This document shows positions 1-10,365 of a DNA stretch of 64,000 nt, piece by piece. Each line of letters begins with the position of its first letter. Within the stretch, counting starts at the first letter, position 1. The position numbers and the translations under genes are program-made. Under the pieces are notes generated by a model that searched no databases, was not told where the DNA came from, and was given only the letters and a program-made list of their open reading frames with translations. This DNA comes from Thermoproteota archaeon (GTDB lineage: Archaea > Thermoproteota > Thermoprotei > Gearchaeales > Gearchaeaceae): the NCBI GenBank assembly GCA_021324265.1, contig JAJPJK010000008.1, forward strand, positions 33,041-97,040, read 5' to 3'.

Positions 1-440
1 TCATTGACCAAAGCCATCGCTATCCCTACCCTTCTCTGAGTACCTCCAGATAGCTCTTCATATTTCCTTTTTCTTATGTCCCAGAGATCCATAAGCTCGA
101 GAATACGCTTAACATCATCATTGGTTTTATTGTATACCTTCGCAATAAAAGAAACATTCTCCTCAACAGTCAAAAGATCAAAGGCTGCGAAATTCTGAGG
201 CATAACACCTATCCTTTTCTTTATCTCATTAGCTTCACTCAGCTCGAAGCCAAGAATAAAAGCTTTGCCTGAATCAGGCTTTCTTAGACATTCCAGTATC
301 TCAACAGTAGTTGTTTTACCAGAGCCGTTGGGGCCTAAGTATCCAAAAATTTCGCCTTGCTCAACATAGAAGCTTATACCATCTATAGCAACGACATTTC
401 CATATCTCTTAGTCAAGGAATTCACTTCAATAATCTTCAT
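1..440 (-). CDS. ABC transporter ATP-binding protein (C-terminus off the window edge; N-terminus complete, ATG complement at 438-440)
   Basis: The reverse-complement translation begins MKIIEVNSLTKRYG, carries a Walker A GPNGSGKTT and the ABC signature LSGGTQRR, and runs open to position 1. Confidence 0.85.
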   Translation of the reverse strand, partial: MKIIEVNSLTKRYGNVVAIDGISFYVEQGEIFGYLGPNGSGKTTTVEILECLRKPDSGKAFILGFELSEANEIKKRIGVMPQNFAAFDLLTVEENVSFIAKVYNKTNDDVKRILELMDLWDIRKRKYEELSGGTQRRVGIAMALVN

Positions 441-494
441 GGATCAAAAAATTACACATTGAAAACTTAAAAATATTCGTTAGATATTCGATAC

Positions 495-1109
495 ATGAGC
501 AAGTCTTCGAAAGGACTAAGTAACGCTATCATCGTCTTAGTGATTTATATAATTGCATTCGTAATTGTTTCTGCCATACTACAATATTTGATCGTCCAAT
601 TCCTTCCCACTTATAAAATCGATTTGAGCATGTATTCTTCTTATATATTCATTTTGCTCTCTCTTGCATTCGGAATATTAATAGGTTTTGCCTTTGCTAA
701 CGTTATTTATGAAAGTCTGAAGCAAAGACAGCCAGAGTCAACAGCCCTTGCAGTAAGAAACGTGATTAGGATTGTTGCCATAGGAGCAGTTTTAGCCTCT
801 ATAGCCGGAGGTGTAGCAGGCGGAGCAGCAGGTGTAGCATTGGGAGGCTTTTTAGCACTTGTTATAGGCTTTGCAAGCCAGCAAGTTCTAGGACAGGTTA
901 TAGCAGGGCTTTTCATCTTGATCGCTAGACCTTTTAAAATCGGAGAAAGAGTTGTCCTTTTAGGTGATGAAGGCGAAGTGCTAGATGTAGGCTCGCTATT
1001 TGTAAAAATTAAAAAAGATGATGAAACGATTGTCCTCATTCCAAACAGCTCTATAATCTCACAAAAGATATATTTAAAACGTTCAAATCAAACGAACAAA
1101 AACCTTTGA
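495..1109 (+). CDS. MscS-family small-conductance mechanosensitive channel-like membrane protein
   Basis: Hydrophobic N-terminal helices, then the Gly/Ala-rich pore helix GGVAGGAAGVALGG and the conserved MscS beta-domain motif GQVIAGLFILIARPFKIGERV...G.V.DV. Confidence 0.7.
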   Translation: MSKSSKGLSNAIIVLVIYIIAFVIVSAILQYLIVQFLPTYKIDLSMYSSYIFILLSLAFGILIGFAFANVIYESLKQRQPESTALAVRNVIRIVAIGAVLASIAGGVAGGAAGVALGGFLALVIGFASQQVLGQVIAGLFILIARPFKIGERVVLLGDEGEVLDVGSLFVKIKKDDETIVLIPNSSIISQKIYLKRSNQTNKNL

Positions 1110-1380
1110 CCCAACTTACTATAAACTTGCCTTAAGAGCATTTGAATTGCTACCAATCTCTATTCCAACATAATGGGCGTCACCTAAAAATCCTTAAGAT
1201 AATACTTATAAAATTTATTACGATAATCAAGCCATTCTTTTGTAAATTTTACGAGCTTGATTCATATTCTTTAGTATATATTCCATTTTTTACGTTATAA
1301 TTCGAATATTGTTCATGTGATGAAAAATCTCATAAAGAGTAGACTTATTTTTTTAAGAACGTATCCCATCTACCTTCGCA

Positions 1381-2775
1381 ATGAATGTGAATGAAATAAG
1401 GGTGCTTGAGAAATTCACTATAGACAATTACAACTATGTTATAGATAAGATATCAGAAAGAAAGAAAAGTTACTTCAGTAACCTTATCATATCATCAGGT
1501 CTTGCGGCCCTTGCATTTTCAAAGATGCAAAGCATAACTAATAGCGCGGATCTCATTATATACTCGTTAAAGTTTTGTTGGATCTTACCCTTGCCCATAT
1601 TTGTATTGAGCAACGTTGGTAAGTACAATCTCATAAGCAAAGAAGATCTCTTTCTTGAACCTGAGAAAATCATAACTGAGGCTAGATCAAAGCAATATAT
1701 GATAATCTTCCAAATAGTTACAAAAGGTACTAATATCAAAGCATTAGAACGATCAATCTTATCCGTAAAATATTGGATTTCAAAAATAAAGGAAAAATAC
1801 CATTATGATATCAATTCTGAAATATGGCTCGTCGTAGATGAAGAATACAAGGATAACGTAGAACATCTCATTGACGGAAACGTTAGGTTAATCGAAATCC
1901 CAAGAGATTTCACAACTAAAAAAGACACGAAATATAAAGCAAGAGCACTCGAATATGCAAATCTGATTAGAAGAAAGCTCGGCCTTAATAAAGCTAATGT
2001 ATGGGTTTATCATCAAGATGAGGAAACATGTGTGGGCGAGGACACAATAATGGGAATTCTTGAATTTGCAAACAAAGGAAATAAGCATATAGGATGTGGT
2101 ATGATAATTTATCCCTTAGATTGGAAAAATGAAGTAACTTACGCTGAAGAGATGTTAAGATCCGCTGATGACCTTAGGCTTCTTTCACTGATAAAGCAAG
2201 GTAAATTGCCCTTCGGTTACCATGGATCCCATTTTTTAACTAGAGCAGATATAGAGGATGAAATAGGTTGGGATTTCGGTGAAAACAGAGCTGAGGATAT
2301 GCTTTTCTATCTAAATGCTCAAAAAAAATCTAAGGAGTTAGGTCTGCTAAAGGGCTTTGCTTATGAGAAAGCACCTCAAAACGTTATAGATTTCTTAAAA
2401 CAGCGAAGCAGGTGGATAAAAGGTGCTTTTGATACACTTAAAAGTAGAGAATTAAACATCAGAGAAAAACCTATTATTATCTATAGTATTTTACTCTGGT
2501 ACCTCGCAATTCCTTCAATAGCGGTATCTATACTTTCAATATTCTTTCCAGGTGGAATATCACCATATCTTGGTTTCATATCAGGCTTTGTATGGTATTC
2601 CCTTATAGATAATTACAGGATAGGCTATGAAATGAATGCTAACTATATTGAGGGAGAGATAGATATAAGAAAACTCATATTCAACATGGTTAAGGGAGCT
2701 ATTTTAGAAGCAATTGCTCCGTGGTATTCACTATTCAAAAAAACCAAGGAATTTGAGATAATTAAGAAAGACTAA
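1381..2775 (+). CDS. Membrane glycosyltransferase family 2 (processive GT2-like: N-terminal TM, GT-A domain, QxxRW, C-terminal TMs)
   Basis: QRSRWIKG is a QxxRW motif. Acidic DxD-like motifs (VVDEE, HQDEET), N-terminal TM helices and C-terminal polytopic helices are present. Confidence 0.7.
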   Translation: MNVNEIRVLEKFTIDNYNYVIDKISERKKSYFSNLIISSGLAALAFSKMQSITNSADLIIYSLKFCWILPLPIFVLSNVGKYNLISKEDLFLEPEKIITEARSKQYMIIFQIVTKGTNIKALERSILSVKYWISKIKEKYHYDINSEIWLVVDEEYKDNVEHLIDGNVRLIEIPRDFTTKKDTKYKARALEYANLIRRKLGLNKANVWVYHQDEETCVGEDTIMGILEFANKGNKHIGCGMIIYPLDWKNEVTYAEEMLRSADDLRLLSLIKQGKLPFGYHGSHFLTRADIEDEIGWDFGENRAEDMLFYLNAQKKSKELGLLKGFAYEKAPQNVIDFLKQRSRWIKGAFDTLKSRELNIREKPIIIYSILLWYLAIPSIAVSILSIFFPGGISPYLGFISGFVWYSLIDNYRIGYEMNANYIEGEIDIRKLIFNMVKGAILEAIAPWYSLFKKTKEFEIIKKD

Positions 2776-2776
2776 A

Positions 2777-3694
2777 TTATATTTCGTATCCTGCTATTCT
2801 CGTCTTAGTCTTGAAAATCCTGCCCATCCTGTCTATGGTGAGTTCTATTTCTTCGCCGAAACCCTTGCTTTCCAAAGCTACCTGAAGCTCTATTGGATTA
2901 CTAACCTTCTTGCCATCCGCCTCGAAAATTATATCGCCTAACATGACTCCTGAATCCTTTGCAGGACTCCTAGGAGAAATTCTTATTACTAGTAAACCTT
3001 CAGATCTAGGAAGATCATAATACGAGGCCATAGCTTTATTTACAGCCATTACGACCATTCCTAAATAGGGTCTTATATATTTCCCAAACTTCGTATATGA
3101 ACGTAGTAAACCTTGAATAAGCTCGGAAGGAATTGCGAAACCTATACCTTGGGCAAAAGGTATCATAGCAGTAACAATTCCTATAACTTCACCTTTGACA
3201 TTCACAAGTGGGCCTCCGCTATTGCCAGGATTAACTGCAGCATCAGTCTGCATTACATATAAAGCCTCACCAGTAGGTGAAACGATAGTTCTCCCTGTTG
3301 CACTAACGACACCAAGCGTAACGCTCCTTAAACCCAAAGGATTACCTATAGCTAGCACTAGGTCTCCGATGCTATAATCGGTAGATAACTTGAGCGCAGA
3401 TATGGAGAGCTTAGACTTAAGAAGTGCAAGATCGTAAAATGGATTGATAGCAACGACTTGAGCGCTAGCAATGTTTCCTTCCTTATCGATTATCGCGATT
3501 TCCCTAGCATTCCTAATAACATGATATGAAGTAAGGAAATGGTTTTCAATAACTGAAAATCCAGAACCAATTCCTTCCCTGAGAGATGGAGAGAGGAATT
3601 CATCAAGTGCTACTTCTCGAGTTAATATGGCAACGACGGATTTGCTCGTATTCTCTGCCAATTCCTTTATTTCCTGATTAATTTTTTCCAACAT
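2777..3694 (-). CDS. HtrA/DegP-like trypsin-fold serine protease with C-terminal PDZ
   Basis: GNSGGPLVN S1 catalytic serine motif, His/Asp context upstream, and a PDZ-like C-terminal segment (GDIIFEADGKKV). Confidence 0.85.
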   Translation of the reverse strand: MLEKINQEIKELAENTSKSVVAILTREVALDEFLSPSLREGIGSGFSVIENHFLTSYHVIRNAREIAIIDKEGNIASAQVVAINPFYDLALLKSKLSISALKLSTDYSIGDLVLAIGNPLGLRSVTLGVVSATGRTIVSPTGEALYVMQTDAAVNPGNSGGPLVNVKGEVIGIVTAMIPFAQGIGFAIPSELIQGLLRSYTKFGKYIRPYLGMVVMAVNKAMASYYDLPRSEGLLVIRISPRSPAKDSGVMLGDIIFEADGKKVSNPIELQVALESKGFGEEIELTIDRMGRIFKTKTRIAGYEI

Positions 3695-3726
3695 GAAGAA
3701 ATGTTATATAAAGACACATATATCTT

Positions 3727-4851
3727 CTATTGTGGAAGTTCAAGTACTTCTTTGTAAAGCTCAAATATCTGATCAGCAATGATTCTGATATCAAATCTCT
3801 TTACAGTTCTCAACGCATTCACTGAAAGACTCTGATACTCTAAAGGATTAAGCTCAAGCATCTTATTCATTGCTAAGGCTAACTCTTTAACACTGTCCGC
3901 CTTCACTAACATACCGTTCTTCTCATTTACTACACTAGGAATTCCTCCTACCTGAGTGGCAATTACAGGCTTGCCGCAGGCAAAAGCCTCTAAAATCACC
4001 ATTCCAAAAGGCTCAAATCTTGATGGAAGCACAAGAAATCTACAATGTTGGTAATATCTTATCAATTCATATCTTGGAATTCCAACTTTCAGTATCACGT
4101 TATCTCTGAGCTTTAATCTATCAAGCATGTCTTGGATATACTGCCTTGAACCTTCGCCGATTATAACAAGACGTACTTCCTTATGCTTTTTAATGACTTC
4201 AACAAAGGCCTTAAGCAATATATCTATTCCCTTTTGATCAATATCAAATCGACCGACAAAAAGGATATAGTCTATACCCAAATCAGGAGTTTGAATTTTA
4301 AACCTTTCAAGGTTAAGACCAATTGGAATGTACGAGAGATTTTTTCTAGCTATTCCACTGCGAATGAGATAATCTTTTTCGACCTCGCTAATGGCGATGA
4401 TTCTATCTGCATAACGATAAATTTCCCTTGCGATTACATTCATCAATCTTCTTTTAACACTTTTCCTTCCAGGATCAGAATGAGTTTGGATGATATGCCT
4501 TACTCCTTTTAACGCCTTGCAAACAGCACCTATGTAGGTTGTGAAATAACCAAATGAATGTGAATGTATTAAATCTATGTCCTCTCTCCTTAATACTTCA
4601 GAAAGCATATTAAAAGAAAAATATCCTAAGCCTCTAGGAAGTAAGGGCATGCAATTATGTGCGCTAAAGCGCTTAACATATGGGAAATCCTTGATTATAT
4701 TTAAACGTTCTTTTGTTTCAAAATTATAAAAATCAGTTGTAAAAATCTCAACATCTATACTATTCATTTGAACTTGCACAAGATCAAAAACGAAATTTTC
4801 GACACCTCCTATAGAGGGTAAAAACTTTGGTACAAGATGAACAACTTTCAT
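3727..4851 (-). CDS. Glycosyltransferase family 4 (GT-B, retaining)
   Basis: EPFGMVILEAFACGKPVIAT is the GT4/GT1 EX7E motif region. The likely start is MKVVHLVPKF at 4851, an internal Met of the longer ORF, which would make it abut the upstream membrane-protein gene. Confidence 0.85.
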   Translation of the reverse strand: MKVVHLVPKFLPSIGGVENFVFDLVQVQMNSIDVEIFTTDFYNFETKERLNIIKDFPYVKRFSAHNCMPLLPRGLGYFSFNMLSEVLRREDIDLIHSHSFGYFTTYIGAVCKALKGVRHIIQTHSDPGRKSVKRRLMNVIAREIYRYADRIIAISEVEKDYLIRSGIARKNLSYIPIGLNLERFKIQTPDLGIDYILFVGRFDIDQKGIDILLKAFVEVIKKHKEVRLVIIGEGSRQYIQDMLDRLKLRDNVILKVGIPRYELIRYYQHCRFLVLPSRFEPFGMVILEAFACGKPVIATQVGGIPSVVNEKNGMLVKADSVKELALAMNKMLELNPLEYQSLSVNALRTVKRFDIRIIADQIFELYKEVLELPQ

Positions 4852-5951
4852 GATAAGATTCTGAAAACTAAGATGAAAATAGCGATAAGTATCAAAAGAC
4901 CCGACAACAAAGACCAAATAGGAAAAGCGTAATAACTCCCTATAACTCTAAGCAACACCCCAATATTGTAAATGACTAAGGCCTCAAATCTCATTGATTT
5001 AAGTGGATCAGTTTTAGAAAAAAGATTAGACACGAATATTGGAGCGAAAGCGAAAATGGTATTACCTATAAACCCCAAGGAAACACTATGAATGAACATA
5101 TCAATATTTATAATGTTTGAAACGAAGAATAGTAATCCTAAAATAATCCAAATGTAGGACACAATCATTGCGCCTTGATTATAATATACTAATTTTTTTT
5201 CTCTTGGACCAAATTTATGTATAGTAAGTGGCCTTTTACTTTCAAAGATCCTTAACGAAAATGCCATAATTATAAAACTTACAAAAAATGATAGTAGTGA
5301 ATAATACAAATTTAAAAAAAGAGTCAGATGAAGGAAAAGCGAAAGAAGAGACACGATCATGAATAATAGGGAACAGTGTGTTAAAATTCTATAGTTGATT
5401 GTCTGCCTAACAGCAACCATCCTCACTTCTACTGCATAAATTAAAGAACCAATAAAACCCAAGAAGAAAAGGAGTTGACTTTCAAACGTTAATTGCCCAA
5501 TAATAAGCAAAGAAAAAGAAAAAAGGAAAAAGGAAAGGCTAGACAAAATGAAAAAAGGATCTGCTTCAGGAAAATTAGCCTTTATCAAGGAGAATCTGAT
5601 AAAGTAAAATACTAAAAATAAAGAAGAAATTAGTAAAATTAAAGCACTAATTTCTATAAAAAAAGTATTAAAATAACTGATAATAAATAATATAAATGAT
5701 AAATCATATAATATTAGAACTGAAAGAATTACATTTTTCATATATATATTTGAAGACTTGAATTTAGGCAACATATTCAAAGCTATTCCAGACACGAAAT
5801 AAACAAGGGAGTAAATCTGGAAATAAGGATGCCAATATATTAACAAGGAAGGATTTCCAGCTCTAGCAATGTATAAAAGGCCCAAAATGGTTCCTACGAG
5901 GAGTATCGAAAAAGCTTTGTATAAAAATAGACGCTCAAGTGTTGGCTTCAT
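4848..5951 (-). CDS. Polytopic (about 10 TM) membrane protein, possibly a glycan polymerase/flippase-type partner of the adjacent GTs
   Basis: 367 aa, almost entirely hydrophobic helices with no soluble domain, in an operon-like arrangement with GT4. Confidence 0.5.
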   Translation of the reverse strand: MKPTLERLFLYKAFSILLVGTILGLLYIARAGNPSLLIYWHPYFQIYSLVYFVSGIALNMLPKFKSSNIYMKNVILSVLILYDLSFILFIISYFNTFFIEISALILLISSLFLVFYFIRFSLIKANFPEADPFFILSSLSFFLFSFSLLIIGQLTFESQLLFFLGFIGSLIYAVEVRMVAVRQTINYRILTHCSLLFMIVSLLSLFLHLTLFLNLYYSLLSFFVSFIIMAFSLRIFESKRPLTIHKFGPREKKLVYYNQGAMIVSYIWIILGLLFFVSNIINIDMFIHSVSLGFIGNTIFAFAPIFVSNLFSKTDPLKSMRFEALVIYNIGVLLRVIGSYYAFPIWSLLSGLLILIAIFILVFRILS

Positions 5952-6030
5952 CTATTACATACACGATTCAATTAAAATAAATCTAAAAGGGCTTAGCCCT
6001 ATAAATAGGAGATAAACTTAGAGTATATGA

Positions 6031-7380
6031 ATGAGAAGAACGAAAATCATAGCGACGCTCGGACCTAGCTCTACTCAGAGAATAAAAGAAATGCTCGAAT
6101 ATGTAGACATTTTCAGGATAAACTTTGCTCATGGCGACGAGGAAAGCCATAAGTTATATTTTGATATCATAAGAGAAGCTAAGAAAGATATACCTATTCT
6201 TGTTGATCTCCCTGGCCCAAAAATGAGGATAGGTGATATAAGTAAAGAAATGCTGCTTCGTCCAGGAGACAAAATAGTATTTTCGCAAAAAGAAGGTATA
6301 CCCGTTGAAGATATGAACTTTTATAAAATGGTCAAAAAAGATTCTGAAATACTTGTTGCCGACGGTAACATAAAAATTAAAATAGTTAACAAAGGAGAAG
6401 ACTTTGCCGAGGGAATTGTAATAGAAGGAGGCATACTTAGGTCTAGAAAGGGCATCAACATACCAGAAACTGAACTCGAATCAGGAGTAACTCCTAATGA
6501 TTTACGTTTGTTGGATGAAGCGTTAAAGCTTGGTGCAGATTTCATAGGTTTGTCCTTCGTGCTAAGTGAGAAGGATATAATAAAAATCAAGGAAATAGTA
6601 AAGGGGAATGTATGGATCATAGCTAAAATAGAGAAAAATCAAGCACTAAAGAAATTGGAAGCGATCATTAGAGAGAGCGACGGTATCATGGTAGCCAGAG
6701 GAGATTTAGGTCTAGAAATAGGTCTAGAAAGACTACCTTTTGTTCAAAAAAGGATAATTAAAGAATCAAGACATGCAGGAAAGCCCGTCATATTAGCTAC
6801 ACAGGTACTGAACTCGATGGTGAACAATCCAATACCAACAAGGGCTGAGGCTACAGACATAGTGAATGCTATAATTGAAGGCGTTGATGCCATCTTATTA
6901 ACAGATGAAACAGCCGAAGGCAAGTATCCAGTTGAAGCAATACAATATTTGGATAAAATAATAACTTACGCCGAAGCTAGGATTCGAAATAATAGACCTA
7001 AGCCAAGAGACGAAATCGATGATGCAATTGCACTAGCTATAGTAGAAATCGCAGAAATAGCGAACGCCAAGCTTATATTTGTTCATAGCAGAACAGGAAG
7101 CTCAATTATGCGGGTCTCACGTTTTAGACCCAGAGTAGACATAATCGGTCTATGCAAGTCGGAGCAAATTGCAAAGAGACTAAAGCTTTGCTATGGAGTA
7201 ACCCCCCTATTACTCAAAAAGGAGTTAAAAAATCTCAACCAAATAGTTTCATTTTGTGAGAGATTTTATAGGAGGAAATTTAGGAAGACAGGAAGAATCG
7301 TAATAGCAGGTGGGGATCCAAGATCAAAGGAAGGAAAGACGGACTTCATAAAGTTACATGAAATAAACACAGAGAGCTAA
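6031..7380 (+). CDS. pyk: Pyruvate kinase
   Basis: N-terminal MRRTKIIATLGPSS, MVARGDLG, and the archetypal PK barrel/C-terminal domain organisation. Confidence 0.95.
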   Translation: MRRTKIIATLGPSSTQRIKEMLEYVDIFRINFAHGDEESHKLYFDIIREAKKDIPILVDLPGPKMRIGDISKEMLLRPGDKIVFSQKEGIPVEDMNFYKMVKKDSEILVADGNIKIKIVNKGEDFAEGIVIEGGILRSRKGINIPETELESGVTPNDLRLLDEALKLGADFIGLSFVLSEKDIIKIKEIVKGNVWIIAKIEKNQALKKLEAIIRESDGIMVARGDLGLEIGLERLPFVQKRIIKESRHAGKPVILATQVLNSMVNNPIPTRAEATDIVNAIIEGVDAILLTDETAEGKYPVEAIQYLDKIITYAEARIRNNRPKPRDEIDDAIALAIVEIAEIANAKLIFVHSRTGSSIMRVSRFRPRVDIIGLCKSEQIAKRLKLCYGVTPLLLKKELKNLNQIVSFCERFYRRKFRKTGRIVIAGGDPRSKEGKTDFIKLHEINTES

Positions 7381-8174
7381 ATTTCTATTCTTGCATTTTC
7401 CTTCATGGAATACTCGTAAAAGGATTCAGGATAAAGCTTCACATTCTCATGCTTAAGCATCTTTTTCAATATAAGCCATGCTAGCGATGCCCTCTCTCCT
7501 GTAGTGCAATAGGTTATGATCTTGTTATGCTTCAATGCTAATTCCTTTAGCTGTTGCATAGCGCTTTCATCACCATATAGCACATTTACCAAAATCTCAG
7601 GATCTAAAATATATGCAGCAGGTATCTTTCCAGCTTTAGGAGTAGTTTTTATCTTCCCTTGTACTTCTTCTAACTTCCTTACATCAATTAAAAAAGCATT
7701 ATCTAAACCTTCAACCACTTTCATAACTTCCTCAAAGTTTGAGCGTATTTCATTTCTTATTCTTGCTTTATACTCCTTAGCTACAGGCTTAGGAACTCCT
7801 CTTTCAAGGGGTAAATTTTTTCTCTCCCATTCTTCCATACCACCTTTGAGAAGCATTATTTCCTCTTGGCCTAAGTATTCAAGGAACCAGTAAAGATACG
7901 CTGCGCCTGATGAGCTTATCCTATCATATGCAATGATGACTTTGTCTTCGTTTGAAATCCCATTCTTACCAAGAACTTTTACTAGCTCATCGATTTCTTT
8001 AGGCTTACTAGGATATCCTTTGCTATGCTGAGTTAAATCTGGGATATAGAACCAATTTGCTCTAGGTATATGACCCTTCACATATTTCCAAAAGGCTCTA
8101 ACATCAACTATATTGGTTTCATTTGATACGTTAATTACCTCCTCTGGCTCTATGAATAAGAGCTTATTGACCAC
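7377..8174 (-). CDS. Thiosulfate/3-mercaptopyruvate sulfurtransferase (tandem rhodanese domains)
   Basis: Two rhodanese-like halves. The active-site loop CTTGERAS contains the catalytic Cys. Confidence 0.8.
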   Translation of the reverse strand: MVNKLLFIEPEEVINVSNETNIVDVRAFWKYVKGHIPRANWFYIPDLTQHSKGYPSKPKEIDELVKVLGKNGISNEDKVIIAYDRISSSGAAYLYWFLEYLGQEEIMLLKGGMEEWERKNLPLERGVPKPVAKEYKARIRNEIRSNFEEVMKVVEGLDNAFLIDVRKLEEVQGKIKTTPKAGKIPAAYILDPEILVNVLYGDESAMQQLKELALKHNKIITYCTTGERASLAWLILKKMLKHENVKLYPESFYEYSMKENARIEI

Positions 8175-9333
8175 CGTATCTCTTTCTCAGCTCGTTAGCT
8201 GCACTGCTTATAGACCTAAGTTTATTGAATGCTACTCTAGGCGTTGCTAAAGGTACCTCTGCGAATGTACCGAAACCACAGTCTGGATTTAAATAAACCT
8301 TAGAAGCATCTACGAAGCGAAGGATTTTTTCTACGCGCTCAATGATTTCATTTGGGGCTTCAACTACATCATTCCTTGGGTTTACTACACCAAAACCTAT
8401 TTCCTTTTCACCCAAATAATCTCTGAGCGCCTCTACATCGCCGGCCCTGGGAGTTGCAAATTCCAAAACGAGTTGATTAACTTTAGTTTCAGCTAAAAAC
8501 GGCATTAAGGGCACATAATCACCTTTGAGCAAAGCTTCTTCCTTTTTACTCCAATTACCTCTGCAAACGTGAATTCCAAGCTTTACTCCAGCTACACCCT
8601 TAACAGCTTCATTTATGAGCTCAACTGCGAAATCCAGCTCCTCTTTAGGATTCTCTCTACTGAAAAGTGCAGCGCACATGAAAGTTTGCTCAACTTGCTC
8701 TCCGTAGACAACCTCTGTGAGTACAGGTTCATCAAGCTGTACAAAATCAACTCCAATTTCTTTAAGTGCAAGGATTTCCTCTCTTATCAACCTAGCTATT
8801 TCATAGCCTAGCTCTTCCCTAGAACGATAATACTTGTCACTTATTCCTGGAACCCAGCTTGCACGTGTGAGCAAATAGGGACCTGGCAAAGGTACCTTTA
8901 TGCCCCTGCTTGTATGAGCCTTCAAGAAAATTGCTTCATCTCGAGCTATACCTTTGCTACCTAGCTCAAGCTTAGAAGTTACCACAGGATTTCTTATGGA
9001 GAAAGCTGGCACATCGAGCCTTCTAAGAATAGCCTCAAATCTACTCTTATCTGGTACTATATCGACGATCTCTGCAATGGACTTTAACTCTATTCCCTTA
9101 ACTTTGTCAGCAACGAAAGAATAAAAATTATCTCTTCTTTGCTCACCATCGCTCAATATATCTACACCTGCATCTTCCTGATACTTTATAGCACTCAATA
9201 CAGCTTCATTTGCAATAAGATTGAAAGCCTCTTGATTGAGCAAGCCATCTCTCTTCATTTTAAGCGCTCTTAATAGCCAACCCGGTCTAGGCCAGCTCCC
9301 TACAACTGTTACTGGAAATAGCTTCTTGTCCAT
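8164..9333 (-). CDS. metE: Archaeal-type cobalamin-independent methionine synthase (MetE C-terminal-domain-only form)
   Basis: VTVVGSWPRP near the N-terminus, GIHVCRGN, and the LNPDCGFG zinc-binding motif characteristic of MetE/UroD-fold methyltransferases. Confidence 0.85.
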   Translation of the reverse strand: MDKKLFPVTVVGSWPRPGWLLRALKMKRDGLLNQEAFNLIANEAVLSAIKYQEDAGVDILSDGEQRRDNFYSFVADKVKGIELKSIAEIVDIVPDKSRFEAILRRLDVPAFSIRNPVVTSKLELGSKGIARDEAIFLKAHTSRGIKVPLPGPYLLTRASWVPGISDKYYRSREELGYEIARLIREEILALKEIGVDFVQLDEPVLTEVVYGEQVEQTFMCAALFSRENPKEELDFAVELINEAVKGVAGVKLGIHVCRGNWSKKEEALLKGDYVPLMPFLAETKVNQLVLEFATPRAGDVEALRDYLGEKEIGFGVVNPRNDVVEAPNEIIERVEKILRFVDASKVYLNPDCGFGTFAEVPLATPRVAFNKLRSISSAANELRKRYGGQ

Positions 9334-9634
9334 TACCTTATTATCATCCTCTCAGGTATTATTCCTTAATAATAAATTCTTATAAAGGTGAGGCTTTCAT
9401 ACATAGCTAAGTCTCATCATACAAAACAACTTTTGCTGGAATTAATGCACAAAAACTTGAAAATTATAATCATGCTGAAGAATCCTGAGAGGATGGCGAT
9501 GAGAAAAAGGCTCAGAAACTCAACATACAGAATGGGTAAAAATGTCAGGACATGTTACACGAATTACCATTATTATATCAAAAGCCTAGACTTGTATAGT
9601 TTCAATAATGAACGTTTTACTTACATCAGAAACT

Positions 9635-10213
9635 TTACTTCACTATCTTTATCTCTGGTATTATCTCTACAGTTCTAGTAAGCGAATTCCCAACGGGCGA
9701 AGAGCGTAAAGTCTCTTCCCATATTTCCTTTATGGTGTTATCATCAGCATCGGCATCTACATAGAGCTTTACTTTAATCGTCTTATAGCCAGGATTACCT
9801 TCTTTTTCTATACCTAAAAATACCAAGATATTCTCTATCTCTCCTTCCAACGCGATCTCGAAATTCCTTATCCTAATACCCCTTTTGGTAGCATTTAAAA
9901 CAAAGCCTGTAGCATAACATGCACCAAGTGCCGATAATAAATATTCTACTGCATTAGGACTTGTATCAGGACCGCCCAGCTCAGCGGGTTCAGATACTAG
10001 GAAAGAATGATTACGAACATAGGATTTGAAATTGAATCCCTCACCGAGCCACCTAATCCATGCTGTCCGCTTATTTACTTTTGCTACTAGATCCTTATTA
10101 TTCTCGATCTCCTTCATTACCTCCTTCAACTTATTCACATTTATGCCATTGATAATTTCTGGACCTTGCATAAGATGATAGAATCTATTCGAGTTATAAA
10201 GCTGTGCTAGCAA
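9635..10213 (-). CDS. OsmC/Ohr-family peroxiredoxin-like protein
   Basis: LSALGACYATGF contains the conserved OsmC Cys region, and the size fits the family. Confidence 0.6.
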   Translation of the reverse strand: MLAQLYNSNRFYHLMQGPEIINGINVNKLKEVMKEIENNKDLVAKVNKRTAWIRWLGEGFNFKSYVRNHSFLVSEPAELGGPDTSPNAVEYLLSALGACYATGFVLNATKRGIRIRNFEIALEGEIENILVFLGIEKEGNPGYKTIKVKLYVDADADDNTIKEIWEETLRSSPVGNSLTRTVEIIPEIKIVK

Positions 10214-10365
10214 TCGTTGATTATCCGCAATCTTATTAAGTAAATAAGATTAATAATATACTATATATTTATAACATGTATACTATGCCAAAACAACTAA
10301 AATTATCACTTTCACATTTTCGGTCATCTCTCTTGTATTTATATTACAAAAATCATATTTTCATA

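Noticed and set aside
707-1039. 110-aa ORF antisense to the MscS-like gene, representative of many 60-160-aa antisense/overlapping ORFs in the track (e.g. 1470-1739, 6321-6620, 7516-7893, 11404-11723, 17018-18241, 25817-26299, 40021-40470, 44721-45170, 59804-60405, 61218-61568)
   Set aside because: All of these lie wholly inside strongly supported genes on the other strand or in another frame. They have low-complexity, Ser/Pro/Leu-rich composition typical of shadow ORFs, and none has a recognisable motif.
1310-1330. Possible C/D-box sRNA (GTGATGA at about 1316)
   Set aside because: A C-box-like heptamer is present, but no matching D box (CTGA) or terminal stem at the expected distance. It is probably just promoter-proximal sequence of the GT2 gene.
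6700-6735. Direct repeat ggtctagaaataggtctagaaag inside pyruvate kinase
   Set aside because: A short in-frame coding repeat (GLEIGLER). It is too short and isolated to be a mobile-element or CRISPR signature.
9388-9678. 96-aa ORF in the metE-osmC spacer
   Set aside because: Compositionally odd (MRLSYIAKSHHTKQ..., ending LSLSLVLSLQF) with no motif. It overlaps the OsmC-like gene's 3' end, so it is more likely non-coding spacer.
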